61,158 nucleotides of DNA from Bdellovibrionota bacterium (GCA_044347345.1 JBIKUX010000016.1:1-61158); one strand, 5' to 3'. Positions 39,743 through 50,685 are shown, counted from the first letter of the stretch. The notes: generated by a model not told the origin, from the letters alone. Program-made: numbers and translations.

Positions 39743-41236
39743 CTACCCTTTTTGGTCTGTGGTCTTGCCTTGCTTACCTAAAATATCAAAATCAGCCAAA
39801 ATCTCGGTTGCTTTTTTAAGCTGAAGATCTTTGTTCATCCAGTCAGTTATTGAGATTGTTTCCAAATTAATTCTTCCACCCTCTGATTCCTCACTCGATA
39901 AATTATTATCAGTCTGACCTTCTTCGCCATCAGGATTTTCGCCCGTTTTACCGGTGTTGGGCAGGTTTTTAATACTGGGATTACGAATTGCACCTGGTAG
40001 GTCACTCTCACGCATTAACAATGGAAGCCGCCTTCGCCCGTTTACCTCAGAGTCTCCACTTCGTGCTTCCACTTTCTTAGGTTCGGAAGCTAGTTCAATG
40101 TCAGGTGTTACTCCAAGAGCTTGGATAGAGCGTCCACTTTTTGTGTAGTAAAGAGCAGTAGTAAGAGTAAGCGCTCCACCATTTGAAAGCCCAGTAATTG
40201 TCTGAACAGAGCCTTTACCAAAGGTCTGGGTGCCGAGTACCAAACCTCTTCCGTGGTCTTTAAGCGCCCCAGCCACAATTTCGGCAGCGCTAGCAGAACC
40301 TCCGTTTACCAACACTACTATAGGATAATTTGGCTCAGTACCTGAACGTTCAGCTAAAAATTCTTGTTTTTGAGCCTTAACTCTACCGTCGGTATAAACA
40401 ATAATCCCTTCAGTTAGAAACAAGTCGCTTATCTTTACAGCTTGGGCAAGTAAGCCACCTGGATTGTTTCGCACATCAATTACAAGACCTTTGAGCCCTA
40501 AGCCTTTTGTGTCAACGTCCCCTCTGCGAGCTTCTAATTTAAGCTTTGCAAGTGCAGCTACTAGGTCATCAAAGGTTTTTTCAACAAATTGACTCACTCT
40601 TACATAACCTATGCCATTTTCTAGATAGCGTGACTTAACACTTCTAACCACTATGTTATCACGAACAATCGAGATAGTTATCAAGTCAGGGTGATTAGCC
40701 CTCATGACTGAAATATTCACCCGAGTACCTTTAGGTCCTCTTAATCTCTTAACAGCGTCAAATAGGGTAAAGTCTTTGGCAAACTCTCCATCAATCTTTA
40801 CAATCGCATCGCCAGCCTTTACTCCAGATTTCTCGGCGGGTGAGCCTTCCATAGGCGCAACAACTATTAACAATCCGTCTTTCACGGTTATCTCAATACC
40901 TAATCCACCAAACTCTCCCTTAGTTTGGGCTTGAAGATCTTGATAAAAGTCAGGATCAAGATAGCCACTATGAGGGTCAAGTGTGGTCAGCATACCTTTA
41001 ATGGAGCCCTCGACCACCTTTTTTGCCGGTACCTCCTCTACATAGTCCCTCTGAACGATAGCTAAAACGTCTGTAAAAACCTTAAGTTCATCAAATAAAT
41101 CCGCGCCTCCCTTTTCACGAGCACCTACATCTTGCAGAGGCGCAAAAAATAATGCCCCAATCGCCACCCCAGTTGCCAGAGCTCCTGCTGCCACTATAGA
41201 AGTACGACCCGACAGTTTTTTCACTCGTTGCTCCAT
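39743..41236 (-). CDS. ctpA: carboxyl-terminal processing protease (S41A)
   Basis: LDPHS, PDZ GEFGGLGIE, DVRNNPGG, SASAAEIVAGAL, TFGKGSVQ, YYT.SG.SIQ..GV.PD. Confidence 0.95.
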   Translation of the reverse strand: MEQRVKKLSGRTSIVAAGALATGVAIGALFFAPLQDVGAREKGGADLFDELKVFTDVLAIVQRDYVEEVPAKKVVEGSIKGMLTTLDPHSGYLDPDFYQDLQAQTKGEFGGLGIEITVKDGLLIVVAPMEGSPAEKSGVKAGDAIVKIDGEFAKDFTLFDAVKRLRGPKGTRVNISVMRANHPDLITISIVRDNIVVRSVKSRYLENGIGYVRVSQFVEKTFDDLVAALAKLKLEARRGDVDTKGLGLKGLVIDVRNNPGGLLAQAVKISDLFLTEGIIVYTDGRVKAQKQEFLAERSGTEPNYPIVVLVNGGSASAAEIVAGALKDHGRGLVLGTQTFGKGSVQTITGLSNGGALTLTTALYYTKSGRSIQALGVTPDIELASEPKKVEARSGDSEVNGRRRLPLLMRESDLPGAIRNPSIKNLPNTGKTGENPDGEEGQTDNNLSSEESEGGRINLETISITDWMNKDLQLKKATEILADFDILGKQGKTTDQKG

Positions 41237-41376
41237 TGCTATTACTGCTTATTCTAGATCCTAGATATATGAACTATATTTTCTTAATATTGTAACTAAC
41301 CAACCATGGTGCTGTCCATGTAACTGTTTCATTTACTCTTAGTTTGTACCGTCACATGAGCTTTTCATTCGCATAT

Positions 41377-42663
41377 TTATTCGAAAAATGGTAACGGATC
41401 ACGAGCGACACCATTTTGTCTTATCTCAAAATAGAGTGGTGAAAGCTTACTTTTATTCATATCTAAATAAGCGACGTCTTCTCCGGTCGACACTTCAGCA
41501 CCCAAAGAAACTAAGGTTTTACCGATACCACCATATAAGGTAAAATCTCGCGAACCATGGTCAATAATCAGAACCCTTCCGTATCTGGGCAAAACACCTA
41601 TAAACCGCACTAAACCCGCCGATACACTTTTTATCTTTGCTGTATGATCAACCGAGTTATCCATTTTTGGCTTAAGCTCAATACCATGTTGGCGCAATGA
41701 TGATCGCTGAAATTTTCTACCCTGAGGAAAGCTTAACATGGTAGAGCCGAATTTACTTATCACTTTACCATTCATAGGCATCATGAGTTTAGATGGTAAT
41801 CCTTCTCCTTGATAATCACCATAAAAATATCCTGGGTTCCCAATTCCAGCTTCATTGTCGTTAGTTGCTCTCGATGATTCCTGACTAGTAGCGCTACTTG
41901 CCTTGGCTCCGGTGAGAAGAGCTAGTACATTGTCAAGTCTTTCAGCCTCTTCACTTAAGGCAGTAAGCGTAACACTGGCGCGCTTCTCTCGACGAGTGAT
42001 CTCCCGTAAACTCCCTTTGTAAGAGACTAATTTTCTATTAAGGTCAGCCTTATTTTGCGCCAATCTCTTGGCTAATTCAGCGCCTTTTGAATTAAGAGAA
42101 TCGATTGCGGCAACCTGCGCTTCGCGCCTTACCTCAGCTTCTCTTAATTGCGCCACAATATTTTGATCATACTCTTGTACCTTGCGAAGAAAAAAAGTTG
42201 TCTTTCCATCTCCTACAGGATTTTGATCTGTAAGAGGTAAAGCACCATCTGGGCTTAACCGAGCACGAAAGTAAAAAGCACGGAGCCTTGTAACTACAAT
42301 TTGTTTTAGTGCTTCTATTTTCTCACGAGTTTCATTACTCTCTGCTTGCAGAGCTTGACGTTCTTCGTCATTTTGTGAAGTTCGCTTCATTAAAGAGTAT
42401 GACTGTTGCTCAAGTTTTTTAAGGTCATTTTCAACTCGAGATACCTCACGAACCAAATAAGTCGAACGTCTCCGACTTACTGCCAATTCACGCTCGTGAT
42501 CAAGCATTTTTTTTCTAATTAGTTCAATGGCTAAAACAGCCTCATTAGCTGATTTAGGAGGATTATTCACTGAGGAAGTTACCTCAGTCTGCGCTGACGA
42601 ATCCTCAACTTTAACGATAAAAGTAACTAAGACTACAATTAACCGGTAAAATATAAGTACCAT
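41377..42663 (-). CDS. envC: murein hydrolase activator EnvC-like (coiled coil + degenerate M23)
   Basis: Long coiled coil; C-terminal M23 with degenerate Zn ligands (HGIEL, TLYGG), YG...IIDHG, LYFEIR; follows ftsEX. Confidence 0.85.
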   Translation of the reverse strand: MVLIFYRLIVVLVTFIVKVEDSSAQTEVTSSVNNPPKSANEAVLAIELIRKKMLDHERELAVSRRRSTYLVREVSRVENDLKKLEQQSYSLMKRTSQNDEERQALQAESNETREKIEALKQIVVTRLRAFYFRARLSPDGALPLTDQNPVGDGKTTFFLRKVQEYDQNIVAQLREAEVRREAQVAAIDSLNSKGAELAKRLAQNKADLNRKLVSYKGSLREITRREKRASVTLTALSEEAERLDNVLALLTGAKASSATSQESSRATNDNEAGIGNPGYFYGDYQGEGLPSKLMMPMNGKVISKFGSTMLSFPQGRKFQRSSLRQHGIELKPKMDNSVDHTAKIKSVSAGLVRFIGVLPRYGRVLIIDHGSRDFTLYGGIGKTLVSLGAEVSTGEDVAYLDMNKSKLSPLYFEIRQNGVARDPLPFFE

Positions 42664-42667
42664 TGAG

Positions 42668-43753
42668 TTACACCGCTCGAAAACGACTTACTCCAAAGTA
42701 GCTTCCAAGAAACCCAAGTGCGGTGCCTACGCTTAGTACTACCACCCAATGTTCAAAGGAGAGAAACTCATTTAGATAAACAGAGTTTTCAGCGACTGCT
42801 CCTGCTAACATTTGCTTTAATAACGACCCTGTTACCTGCCATATAAGCCAAAGCACCGTAAGACTGACACAACTACCACAAAATCCCTGAATAACTCCTT
42901 CAAAAAGGTATGGTAATACAATCTGCCGAGGAGCCGCACCCAGTAGTTCGGAGGTGACTATTTCATTACGATGAGTGTACAGAGCTAAATTTATGACATT
43001 AGCAATTATTGCTCCTGCAACAATAATCACTAAACAAACAGCAACAACGCTCAAAATACGCAGAGAAAAAAGTAATCGAGAAAGTTTACGAAGCAAAGTG
43101 CGATTATACTGGACGGTTTCCACTGCTGGATGCTGGTCATAACTCTTACGAAGTCTTTCATACATCGGTAGAGAATTATCAGAATCATAAAGAGTAACCT
43201 CGATAGAAGCAGGAAGAGGATTATCGCCTTCAAGGCCTCCAAGTATTACCGCATTATTAGTCCCTAAGCTTTCTCTAAATGTCTCTAGAGAGCTCTCTTT
43301 ACTGTAAAATAGAGCCGATTTTACTTGATTAATACTACGCAGATCACTAAGCATACCTTCAATCTCTACCGACTCGGCTTCATCACGAAGAAAAAGAGTT
43401 AAGGTTAAAGCTTGCCTCTCTTTAATAATGGCCTTATCAACTACAGAACCCAATAAAAGAGCTCCACCAACCACCAACATGGCTGCCACTACTACCGAAA
43501 AAGTTAACAGCGAATTACCAGGCGTGCGCAAAATATTAATAACGCTCTTCTTAAACAGTGAGCTTGCACGCTCTGTTTGTGACATAGTTGAACAACAATC
43601 CAGCTCACTCCAAACTTCAACAATTTTTTCTCGCAAATGCATTGGCTGTTTACGCCCGACCTCTTTGCTGATTGAACGACTACTTTCGGTAATTTCAAGG
43701 AACCGAAGATGTTCCCGTTGTTGTTCATTTTTTTTGTGAGCTCGTTCAATCAT
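42668..43753 (-). CDS. ftsX: cell division permease FtsX
   Basis: NPLPASIEV, IANVI.L....R.EI....LLGA....I..P...EG; follows ftsE. Confidence 0.92.
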   Translation of the reverse strand: MIERAHKKNEQQREHLRFLEITESSRSISKEVGRKQPMHLREKIVEVWSELDCCSTMSQTERASSLFKKSVINILRTPGNSLLTFSVVVAAMLVVGGALLLGSVVDKAIIKERQALTLTLFLRDEAESVEIEGMLSDLRSINQVKSALFYSKESSLETFRESLGTNNAVILGGLEGDNPLPASIEVTLYDSDNSLPMYERLRKSYDQHPAVETVQYNRTLLRKLSRLLFSLRILSVVAVCLVIIVAGAIIANVINLALYTHRNEIVTSELLGAAPRQIVLPYLFEGVIQGFCGSCVSLTVLWLIWQVTGSLLKQMLAGAVAENSVYLNEFLSFEHWVVVLSVGTALGFLGSYFGVSRFRAV

Positions 43754-44466
43754 GTTACTGCTCCATTAAAGTCACCAATAACTTCGCCACCATCTAAGAC
43801 AACAGTTCTTAGAGCCATTTCCTCTATCATCAACAGATTATGAGTGGCTACAACTACCGTAACTCCAAGCTGATGAGCTTCTTTAAGTAGTTCAAACACT
43901 ACATCAGACATAGTACGGTCGAGACTACCAGTTGGTTCATCCGCAATTAATAATTTAGGGCGACGAACCAAAGCTCTGGCGATAGCTACTCGCTGTTGCT
44001 CACCACCAGAAAGATTAAGGGGTAAAACATTTCCTTTTTTGCCTAATCCAAGAGCATCTAAAAAAGCTTTACTGAGGCGTAGGCGGTCTGAACGAGGGAC
44101 ACGACAAACTTCCAGAGCCAGTGCCACATTTTCAAGTACAGTTAAACGGGGTAGTAACTTATAATCCTGAAAAACAATTCCAATCTCTCGCCTAATCTCT
44201 GCAACACATCGACGATTTTGGTGGGTAAGAGATAGCCCGTCAATTAATACATGGCCGGAGGTTGCAAACTCTGCTCCGTAAAGCAGGCGAAGTAAAGTAC
44301 TCTTACCAGCCCCACTGGCTCCTGCTACGAATACAAATTCCCCTTGATGGATCTTTAGGTCGACCTGCCGTATACCAACTTGGCCAGAAGGATATATCTT
44401 CTGCACATTACTCAATTGGATTACACTCACGATATGGTGCCCCTGTGAATTTAATTCTTCGTCCAC
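43750..44466 (-). CDS. ftsE: cell division ATP-binding protein FtsE
   Basis: GASGAGKST, RREIGIVFQDYKLL, LSGGEQQRVAIARA, ADEPTG. Confidence 0.95.
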   Translation of the reverse strand: MDEELNSQGHHIVSVIQLSNVQKIYPSGQVGIRQVDLKIHQGEFVFVAGASGAGKSTLLRLLYGAEFATSGHVLIDGLSLTHQNRRCVAEIRREIGIVFQDYKLLPRLTVLENVALALEVCRVPRSDRLRLSKAFLDALGLGKKGNVLPLNLSGGEQQRVAIARALVRRPKLLIADEPTGSLDRTMSDVVFELLKEAHQLGVTVVVATHNLLMIEEMALRTVVLDGGEVIGDFNGAVT

Positions 44467-45284
44467 TCGTTATATACTATATTCAGTTGCTTTTGAGTGT
44501 GACTTCGTTACTCTTTTATGTTGGTTGTAGCAGTACAAACACAAAGGCGGTACCGCTAAGATTTGATGAATTTACCAAGTCTTCATTCAACGGTCGTTTC
44601 ATTTTTCAAATAAAAAATCTGTCCTGTACAAATTTGCGGTGCATATCCCATGACTGCAAGAATCTTACCGAGTCAAAAGTTTCGACGTTAAAAGACCTGC
44701 CAGTGTACAAATGCGAAGATTCAAAAGGACAGGTAGTTTACTTTACTATTATTTCTGAAAAAGCTCGCTTCATTAGTTCTTCTCCAAATGCAAGTGTAAG
44801 GAGACTCTTATCTGGCCTTAAGATTCTTAATTTTCAGGAAGATTCTTCAAATGACACCAAACAAAGGGGCTTATCAAAGTTTAAAGCACTAGCAATGTTA
44901 CCCTCTATTCGATCTTTAGATTCAAAATCTTCTTCAGAAACAGATGCAACTATTCCTGAAAAAAATAGTGTTAGCTCAATCTCTAAAGAAAATATCGCAA
45001 ATATGGTTATCTTTACTGGTATTACTAAGGGCTGTTCATTAGATATAGTGGTCTGGGCTTATACAAACTTAACCACTCCTCCTGATGAATCTAATTCGCC
45101 TCACCAATTAAAGTCTTCAAAGATATCATTAGAATCATCAACGACAACCATGCCCAACGGCGATAATACCTTAAATTCTCTACCACTATCCCAAGATCTT
45201 GACGATACCGCAGAGAAAATAGTAGCAGATATTAAAAGATACCTCCCTAATTTCAGTAAAGATAAAATTAGGTGTTCCCCTTAG
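44445..45284 (+). CDS. hypothetical lipoprotein upstream of mlaE
   Basis: Hydrophobic stretch ending in lipobox-like FYVGC; start uncertain (the ORF-track start overlaps ftsE). Confidence 0.55.
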   Translation: MNLILRPLVIYYIQLLLSVTSLLFYVGCSSTNTKAVPLRFDEFTKSSFNGRFIFQIKNLSCTNLRCISHDCKNLTESKVSTLKDLPVYKCEDSKGQVVYFTIISEKARFISSSPNASVRRLLSGLKILNFQEDSSNDTKQRGLSKFKALAMLPSIRSLDSKSSSETDATIPEKNSVSSISKENIANMVIFTGITKGCSLDIVVWAYTNLTTPPDESNSPHQLKSSKISLESSTTTMPNGDNTLNSLPLSQDLDDTAEKIVADIKRYLPNFSKDKIRCSP

Positions 45285-45295
45285 AAGAGTTACAA

Positions 45296-46069
45296 ATGAA
45301 AGGCGTTAACATCAACTCTTCAATCCTGACTCCCTATTTAGCTGGTTTAGGCCGCTACGCTCTTTTATTGGTGGCAACAGTACGGGGGATATGGAAGCGC
45401 GGCCTAATCTTTGAAGAAGTTACCGAACAAGTTCTAAAAATAGGCTTCCATTCTCTACCAATTGTACTTCTTACAGCCCTCTTTACTGGAATGGTGCTTG
45501 CCCTACAAACTGCTTATGGCTTAGAAAGATTTGGAGCAAAAAATTACGTGGGTAATATTACGGGTTTAGGTTTTCTTCGTGAGCTTGGTCCCGTCCTCAC
45601 CGCCATCGTAGTTTGTGGTCGAGTGGGTGCAGGAGTATCTGCAGAAATCGCATCCATGGTAGTAACTGAACAAGTAGATGCTTTGAGAGCACTCGGCGCT
45701 GACCCATTTCAAAAACTTGTGGCACCGCGCATTATCGCGTCAATGATTGTTACTCCGATACTAGTCGTGTTTGCCGATATAGTGGGAATATACGGAGGAC
45801 TACTTGTCGCCGTATATGAACTCGACATTAGCGCCCACTTATATCAGTCATCGCTTCTTTCCACCGTTCTTATGCGTGATTTCACTGACGGACTACTAAA
45901 AAGCGTAGTTTTTGGTCTACTAGTTGTGTCTATTGCATGCTTCAAGGGATTATCAGTGCGCGGGGGTACTGAGGGAGTTGGACGCACCACCACCTCATCT
46001 GTGGTAACCGGTAGTATCGTGCTATTTATCGCCGACTTCTTTCTGACAAAACTGCTCATGCTCCTTTAA
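45296..46069 (+). CDS. mlaE: MlaE-family ABC permease
   Basis: SLPIV.LT..F.GMVLALQ, RELGPVLTA, EIASM.VTEQVDAL..LG.DP, GTEGVG..TT..VV. Confidence 0.95.
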   Translation: MKGVNINSSILTPYLAGLGRYALLLVATVRGIWKRGLIFEEVTEQVLKIGFHSLPIVLLTALFTGMVLALQTAYGLERFGAKNYVGNITGLGFLRELGPVLTAIVVCGRVGAGVSAEIASMVVTEQVDALRALGADPFQKLVAPRIIASMIVTPILVVFADIVGIYGGLLVAVYELDISAHLYQSSLLSTVLMRDFTDGLLKSVVFGLLVVSIACFKGLSVRGGTEGVGRTTTSSVVTGSIVLFIADFFLTKLLMLL

Positions 46070-46075
46070 AAAAAT

Positions 46076-46870
46076 ATGATTAGCGCAGTAGAAACAGATA
46101 AAACTCCGGTAGTTCTTGATCACGTCACCGTTACACTAGACGGAGTGACAATTCATCATGATATTTCACTCAAAATTCATTCGGGAGAAATAGTGGTAGT
46201 TCTTGGTCCTAGCGGCACTGGAAAAACTATTTTACTCAAATTAATAATCGGTCTTTTAATGCCCACTTACGGCAAAGTACTAATTAATGGAAAAAGCACC
46301 GATGGAATGAGCGAAGAAGAGCTTACAGAAGCGCGTCTCCATATTGGCATGCTTTTTCAAGGAGCTGCTCTATTTGATTCTCTCTCTGTATTTGACAATA
46401 TTGCTTTTGCATTAAGGCAAAGAAAACAGCACTCACCGCAGCACATTAATCAGATAGTTAATGAAACTCTCGATGTAGTAGGTTTATCGGGTACTCAATC
46501 AAAGTTCCCGACAGAATTATCTGGTGGACAAAAAAAACGGGTGGGACTAGCTCGTGCTCTTGCTACTTCACCAGAAGTTATTTTATTTGATGAGCCTACC
46601 ACTGGGCTTGATCCCACTTCACGCAAGCGAATTGATAATCTAATTGTAAAGTTAAAAGAAGAAAAAAAAATTACTTCAATTGTAGTTACTCATGACATTG
46701 AAAGTGCAAAATCAATAGCTACACGCTTAATTTTACTAGGTAATAAAACTATACTAGCTGATGGCAAAGCTGAAAAATTGTGGCTTAACAATAACCTTAT
46801 TCGTTCATTTGCTGAGGGAAACTGGCATCAAACAGATAGTGCAAATCTTTTAAAAACACATTTTAACTAA
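46076..46870 (+). CDS. mlaF: MlaF-family ABC ATPase
   Basis: GPSGTGKT, GMLFQGAALFDSLSV, LSGGQKKRVGLARA, FDEPTTGLDP. Confidence 0.95.
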   Translation: MISAVETDKTPVVLDHVTVTLDGVTIHHDISLKIHSGEIVVVLGPSGTGKTILLKLIIGLLMPTYGKVLINGKSTDGMSEEELTEARLHIGMLFQGAALFDSLSVFDNIAFALRQRKQHSPQHINQIVNETLDVVGLSGTQSKFPTELSGGQKKRVGLARALATSPEVILFDEPTTGLDPTSRKRIDNLIVKLKEEKKITSIVVTHDIESAKSIATRLILLGNKTILADGKAEKLWLNNNLIRSFAEGNWHQTDSANLLKTHFN

Positions 46871-46952
46871 ATTAGTTGAAGTCTGAACAATTTTAAACTA
46901 ACTACTCAACTTACTTCTTCACAAAAATTAACTGATAAGGACAACTACTAAG

Positions 46953-47945
46953 ATGAATCAGGGAATAGCAAAACAGCTACAAGCTGGAATATTTCTCCTA
47001 ATCGGAATTATCTTGTTTATTGGGAGTTTGTTTGTAATTGGTCGAGAAAAACAATTGTTTGCCCGACAATTACCTTTTTACTCTTATTTTCCAGACATAA
47101 AAGGCTTAACTGAAGGAGCACCAGTAAGGCTAGCAGGGGTATTAGTGGGTAGAGTCGAAAAAATTAAGTTTTCAAGATCACGAGGAGTTAGTGAGCTTGA
47201 AATAAAACTGGGCGTAGCTGAAGAGTATGTTGATCAAATTGTTGAAGGTTCTACTGTTCAAATAGAAACTCAAGGATTACTCGGTGATAGATTTCTTGAT
47301 ATAACACCATCCAAGTCTACAACACCCCTTAAACCTGGAGATACAATACCACTTGGAGAAGGTTTTGATATTGCTAAGATAGGAGGTAGTGCTTCAGATA
47401 TACTGGAAAGAGCCTACACTATAGCTGAAAGACTCGATAGAGTTGTAGGAAGATTCGAGGAAAGTAATGGTATAGCTCACGAAATACTTTACTCAAAGGA
47501 GTCCGCTGGGGATCTTCGCACTATATTAGCCTCCGTTGCCACAATCACTAAAGCGATAGAAAAAGGTGATGGCCTTGCCCACTCCTTAATTTACAGTAAA
47601 CAGGGAGAGGCAATTATTAATGCATTAGCAGATTCTTCAGCTCAAATTCAATTAACCGTAACCGAGCTAACAAGATTTGTGCAAAAAGTTATTAATACTC
47701 CTAGTTTAGCGAACTCACTTCTAATTAGACCTACCGAAGTTTCACCTGTGGAATTAATCACTAAGTTAGCAAAACTAATTGATGAAATCCACAGTATCGC
47801 GACCACTTTAAAGACAGGCCAAGGAACACTTGGTGCACTTTTAATTGATGATAGCCTTTACAATAATGCTCTCGAGATTTCCGATGGAGCAAAAAAGAGT
47901 GTCATTTTAAAGCAAGCAATAAAAGCATCTCTTTTCGATAAGTAG
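46953..47945 (+). CDS. mlaD: MlaD/MCE-family protein
   Basis: N-terminal TM; GL..GAPVRLAGV.VG.V, I.TQGLLGDRF.DI; helical tail with GTLGAL..D..LY. Confidence 0.93.
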   Translation: MNQGIAKQLQAGIFLLIGIILFIGSLFVIGREKQLFARQLPFYSYFPDIKGLTEGAPVRLAGVLVGRVEKIKFSRSRGVSELEIKLGVAEEYVDQIVEGSTVQIETQGLLGDRFLDITPSKSTTPLKPGDTIPLGEGFDIAKIGGSASDILERAYTIAERLDRVVGRFEESNGIAHEILYSKESAGDLRTILASVATITKAIEKGDGLAHSLIYSKQGEAIINALADSSAQIQLTVTELTRFVQKVINTPSLANSLLIRPTEVSPVELITKLAKLIDEIHSIATTLKTGQGTLGALLIDDSLYNNALEISDGAKKSVILKQAIKASLFDK

Positions 47946-47994
47946 TGGCAACACAATCAAAGCGAAGCTATTAAAAGAGTTCGTTTAAGCCTTC

Positions 47995-49203
47995 CTACTC
48001 GGAAGGCTTTCTCAGAAATGTAGGAATATCGAACCTCTCTTCGTCGCTGCCTCCACCAAGAACGGACAGCTTCTTTATTTTTACTACTTCAGCGGTAGAC
48101 TGCTTTCTCTGACCTAAATTAGATCCAATCTCAGATGAAAGATTCATCGTAGCACCAACTCCACCAACATTTCCCATTCCAGACAATGATGATGAGGTGC
48201 CTAATCCTGTTGTCGTAGTGAGACGCCGAGAAGTGTCCTCACCGCGCCTGAGCGACTCCTCCTCACCAAATCCTGTTGCGATAACGGTTACTCTGATTTG
48301 ATCTTCCAAATCGTGACCGATAACCATACCCCAGATGATGTTAGCATCTTCATGAGCTTCAGCATGAACAATTGCAGCAGCTTCGTTAATCTCCTGAAGA
48401 GTAACATCGGGCGAAGCGGTAACATTGATCAGAATACCCTTAGCTCCGCTTATAGAGATATCCTCTAGTAACGGGCTAGAAATAGCTTTCTCAGCAGCTT
48501 CCAGAGCTCTATTCTCACCAGAGCCCTCACCTGTACCCATCATGGCCATGCCCATTTCAGACATGACAGCTCGCACGTCAGCAAAATCAACGTTTACCAA
48601 ACCTTCAAAAACTATGAGGTCAGATATACCTTTAACTGCTTGAAATAATACATTATCAGCTCGTTTGAAGGTATCTAACAAAGAAGTATTACGGCCAGCG
48701 ATAGATAAAAGGCGCTGATTAGGAATAGTGATAAGAGTGTCAACAGCTTTTTTTAACTCTACTATACCGCGATCAGCGTTTCTCATTCGCCGCTTACCTT
48801 CAAAGAGGAAAGGCTTAGTCACCACTCCTACTGTAAGACAACCGAGCTCGCGAGCAACCTGCGCTACAACACTAGCAGCGAAAGTTCCAGTGCCACCACC
48901 CATACCGGCTGTGATGAAAACCATGTCTGCGCCTTCAAGAGCACTTCTAATTTGGCTTGCACTTTCTTGAGCGGCAGCGTAACCAACATCTGGATCAGCT
49001 CCAGCCCCTAGCCCGCGTGTAATTTCAGCGCCTAGCTGGATTCGATTTGGAGCTATGCTTGAAGCTAAAGCTTGAGCATCAGTATTTGCAGCGTAAAACT
49101 GCACTCCTTCTAGCCCCTCTTTGATCATATTGTTGACGGCATTAAGCCCTGCTCCACCAACTCCAAAGACCTTAATTTTTGCGCCGTTACCAGATGTATC
49201 CAT
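47995..49203 (-). CDS. ftsZ: cell division protein FtsZ
   Basis: IKVFGVGG, NTDAQAL, TRGLGAG, KPF.FEG, N.DFADV, C-terminal DIPTFLRK; signature reads GGGTGTF; ATG 49203. Confidence 0.98.
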   Translation of the reverse strand: MDTSGNGAKIKVFGVGGAGLNAVNNMIKEGLEGVQFYAANTDAQALASSIAPNRIQLGAEITRGLGAGADPDVGYAAAQESASQIRSALEGADMVFITAGMGGGTGTFAASVVAQVARELGCLTVGVVTKPFLFEGKRRMRNADRGIVELKKAVDTLITIPNQRLLSIAGRNTSLLDTFKRADNVLFQAVKGISDLIVFEGLVNVDFADVRAVMSEMGMAMMGTGEGSGENRALEAAEKAISSPLLEDISISGAKGILINVTASPDVTLQEINEAAAIVHAEAHEDANIIWGMVIGHDLEDQIRVTVIATGFGEEESLRRGEDTSRRLTTTTGLGTSSSLSGMGNVGGVGATMNLSSEIGSNLGQRKQSTAEVVKIKKLSVLGGGSDEERFDIPTFLRKPSE

Positions 49204-49389
49204 GCAGCCCGCTATTATTAGAATTTTTCCAACCAAGCATTGATGTTAAGCCTGAACAATAAAAAGATAAAGAGACCTAATATCAATTTTAAAAAAACTT
49301 TTTTATTTTTACGTCTGAGTTCTGTACCTCTCTGCAACCTGCAATCTCGAAAATCAGAGCTAAATTTAAAACTATCAGAGTATTAGGGG

Positions 49390-50685
49390 CTAAAAGTGCT
49401 GCCCTAACCAATCACCAATGTGCCGAATCCACTTAGTAAAGGGGACAGTCTCAGAGTTAGTAAAAGGCGAGTAAGCTCTCGACGGAGAATAGAATGAATT
49501 TACTGCACTTCCAGCTTCTAAACCTGCTCCAACACACGCAGAAAATACTGGATTAACGACATTTTCAGATGAAGATGAAACCTCGCTAAAGCTGCCTATC
49601 CGAACAGGAAGACCAAGCACCTGTTCTGCTACTGTATCAATCCCTGAAAGCTGCGCACCACCGCCAGAAAGAACCACTCCTGCATGAGCTATCTTTAAAA
49701 GTTCAAAGCTCACCATCTCAGCTTTAACTATCTCAAGCAGTTCACGTACTCTCGGCTCTAGAAGCTGAACTAAAGTTTTGCGTGACACAAGACGCGGTGG
49801 CCTAACGCCAGTAGAAGCCACTTCAACAACATCATCGAGATAGACAGTTTGCGCAAACGCTGCCCCATACGAACATTTTAATCTCTCGGCCGCAACGATA
49901 GGAGTTCTTAATCCGGCAGCCAAATCAAAAGTCAGATGCCCTCCTCCGAGAGAAATAACGGCTAAATGACACAGAACACCTCGAGATATTACAGCAATGT
50001 CAGTAGTGCCCCCGCCTATATCTAATACTAACACCCCCAACTCTCTTTCTTCACTAGAGGTTACTGCTCTAGCCGACGCAAGACCACCAACAACAAAGTC
50101 CCGAACCATACGTCCAGATAAATTTACACACTTAACAACGTTACGAGCAAAGGATGCTAATCCAGTTACGAGATGGACTCTTGCTTCAAGACGATTCCCC
50201 GCCATACCAAGTGGTTGTCGTATTCCATCTTGCTCATCAACAACAAATTCTTGTGGAATGACATGAAGCAATTCACGTTCACCCGATTTCCCCATTTTTC
50301 GAGTAGACTCCAAAACACGCTCAATATCACCTTTTGATACTTCTCCGTGGCGCACTTCAACTAAAGCACTGTGGTTATTCCCATGAAGATGAGAACCAGA
50401 CAAAACACAGATAACCTCAGAAACTTCACTAGATATCTCTCGCTCAATTTCACTTAAGAGACTCTCAACTTGAGCTGCTGCATGTTCAAGATGAACAATA
50501 ACTCCTTTTCTAACACCGCAGGAAGGCAGACGAGAACTAGCGATAATTTCATAGCTTAAGTTGTGTTGACTTACTTTCACTGAGGAAGGAGCAAAAGCAA
50601 TGGCTTTAAATTCGCTCGTACCGATATCTAGCACAATTTGAATATTGCTGCTTTTCTTCATTATGGTATTACTACTTGAAATCAC
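49390..50685 (-). CDS. ftsA: cell division protein FtsA
   Basis: LDIGT, GVRKG.IV, P.GM.G.RLE..VH, LDIGGGTT, AE.LK..YG, GGGA.L.G. Confidence 0.96.
   Translation of the reverse strand: MISSSNTIMKKSSNIQIVLDIGTSEFKAIAFAPSSVKVSQHNLSYEIIASSRLPSCGVRKGVIVHLEHAAAQVESLLSEIEREISSEVSEVICVLSGSHLHGNNHSALVEVRHGEVSKGDIERVLESTRKMGKSGERELLHVIPQEFVVDEQDGIRQPLGMAGNRLEARVHLVTGLASFARNVVKCVNLSGRMVRDFVVGGLASARAVTSSEERELGVLVLDIGGGTTDIAVISRGVLCHLAVISLGGGHLTFDLAAGLRTPIVAAERLKCSYGAAFAQTVYLDDVVEVASTGVRPPRLVSRKTLVQLLEPRVRELLEIVKAEMVSFELLKIAHAGVVLSGGGAQLSGIDTVAEQVLGLPVRIGSFSEVSSSSENVVNPVFSACVGAGLEAGSAVNSFYSPSRAYSPFTNSETVPFTKWIRHIGDWLGQHF

Noticed and set aside
41377..42663. Loss of M23 zinc ligands as a novelty
   Set aside because: A degenerate M23 site is expected for EnvC.
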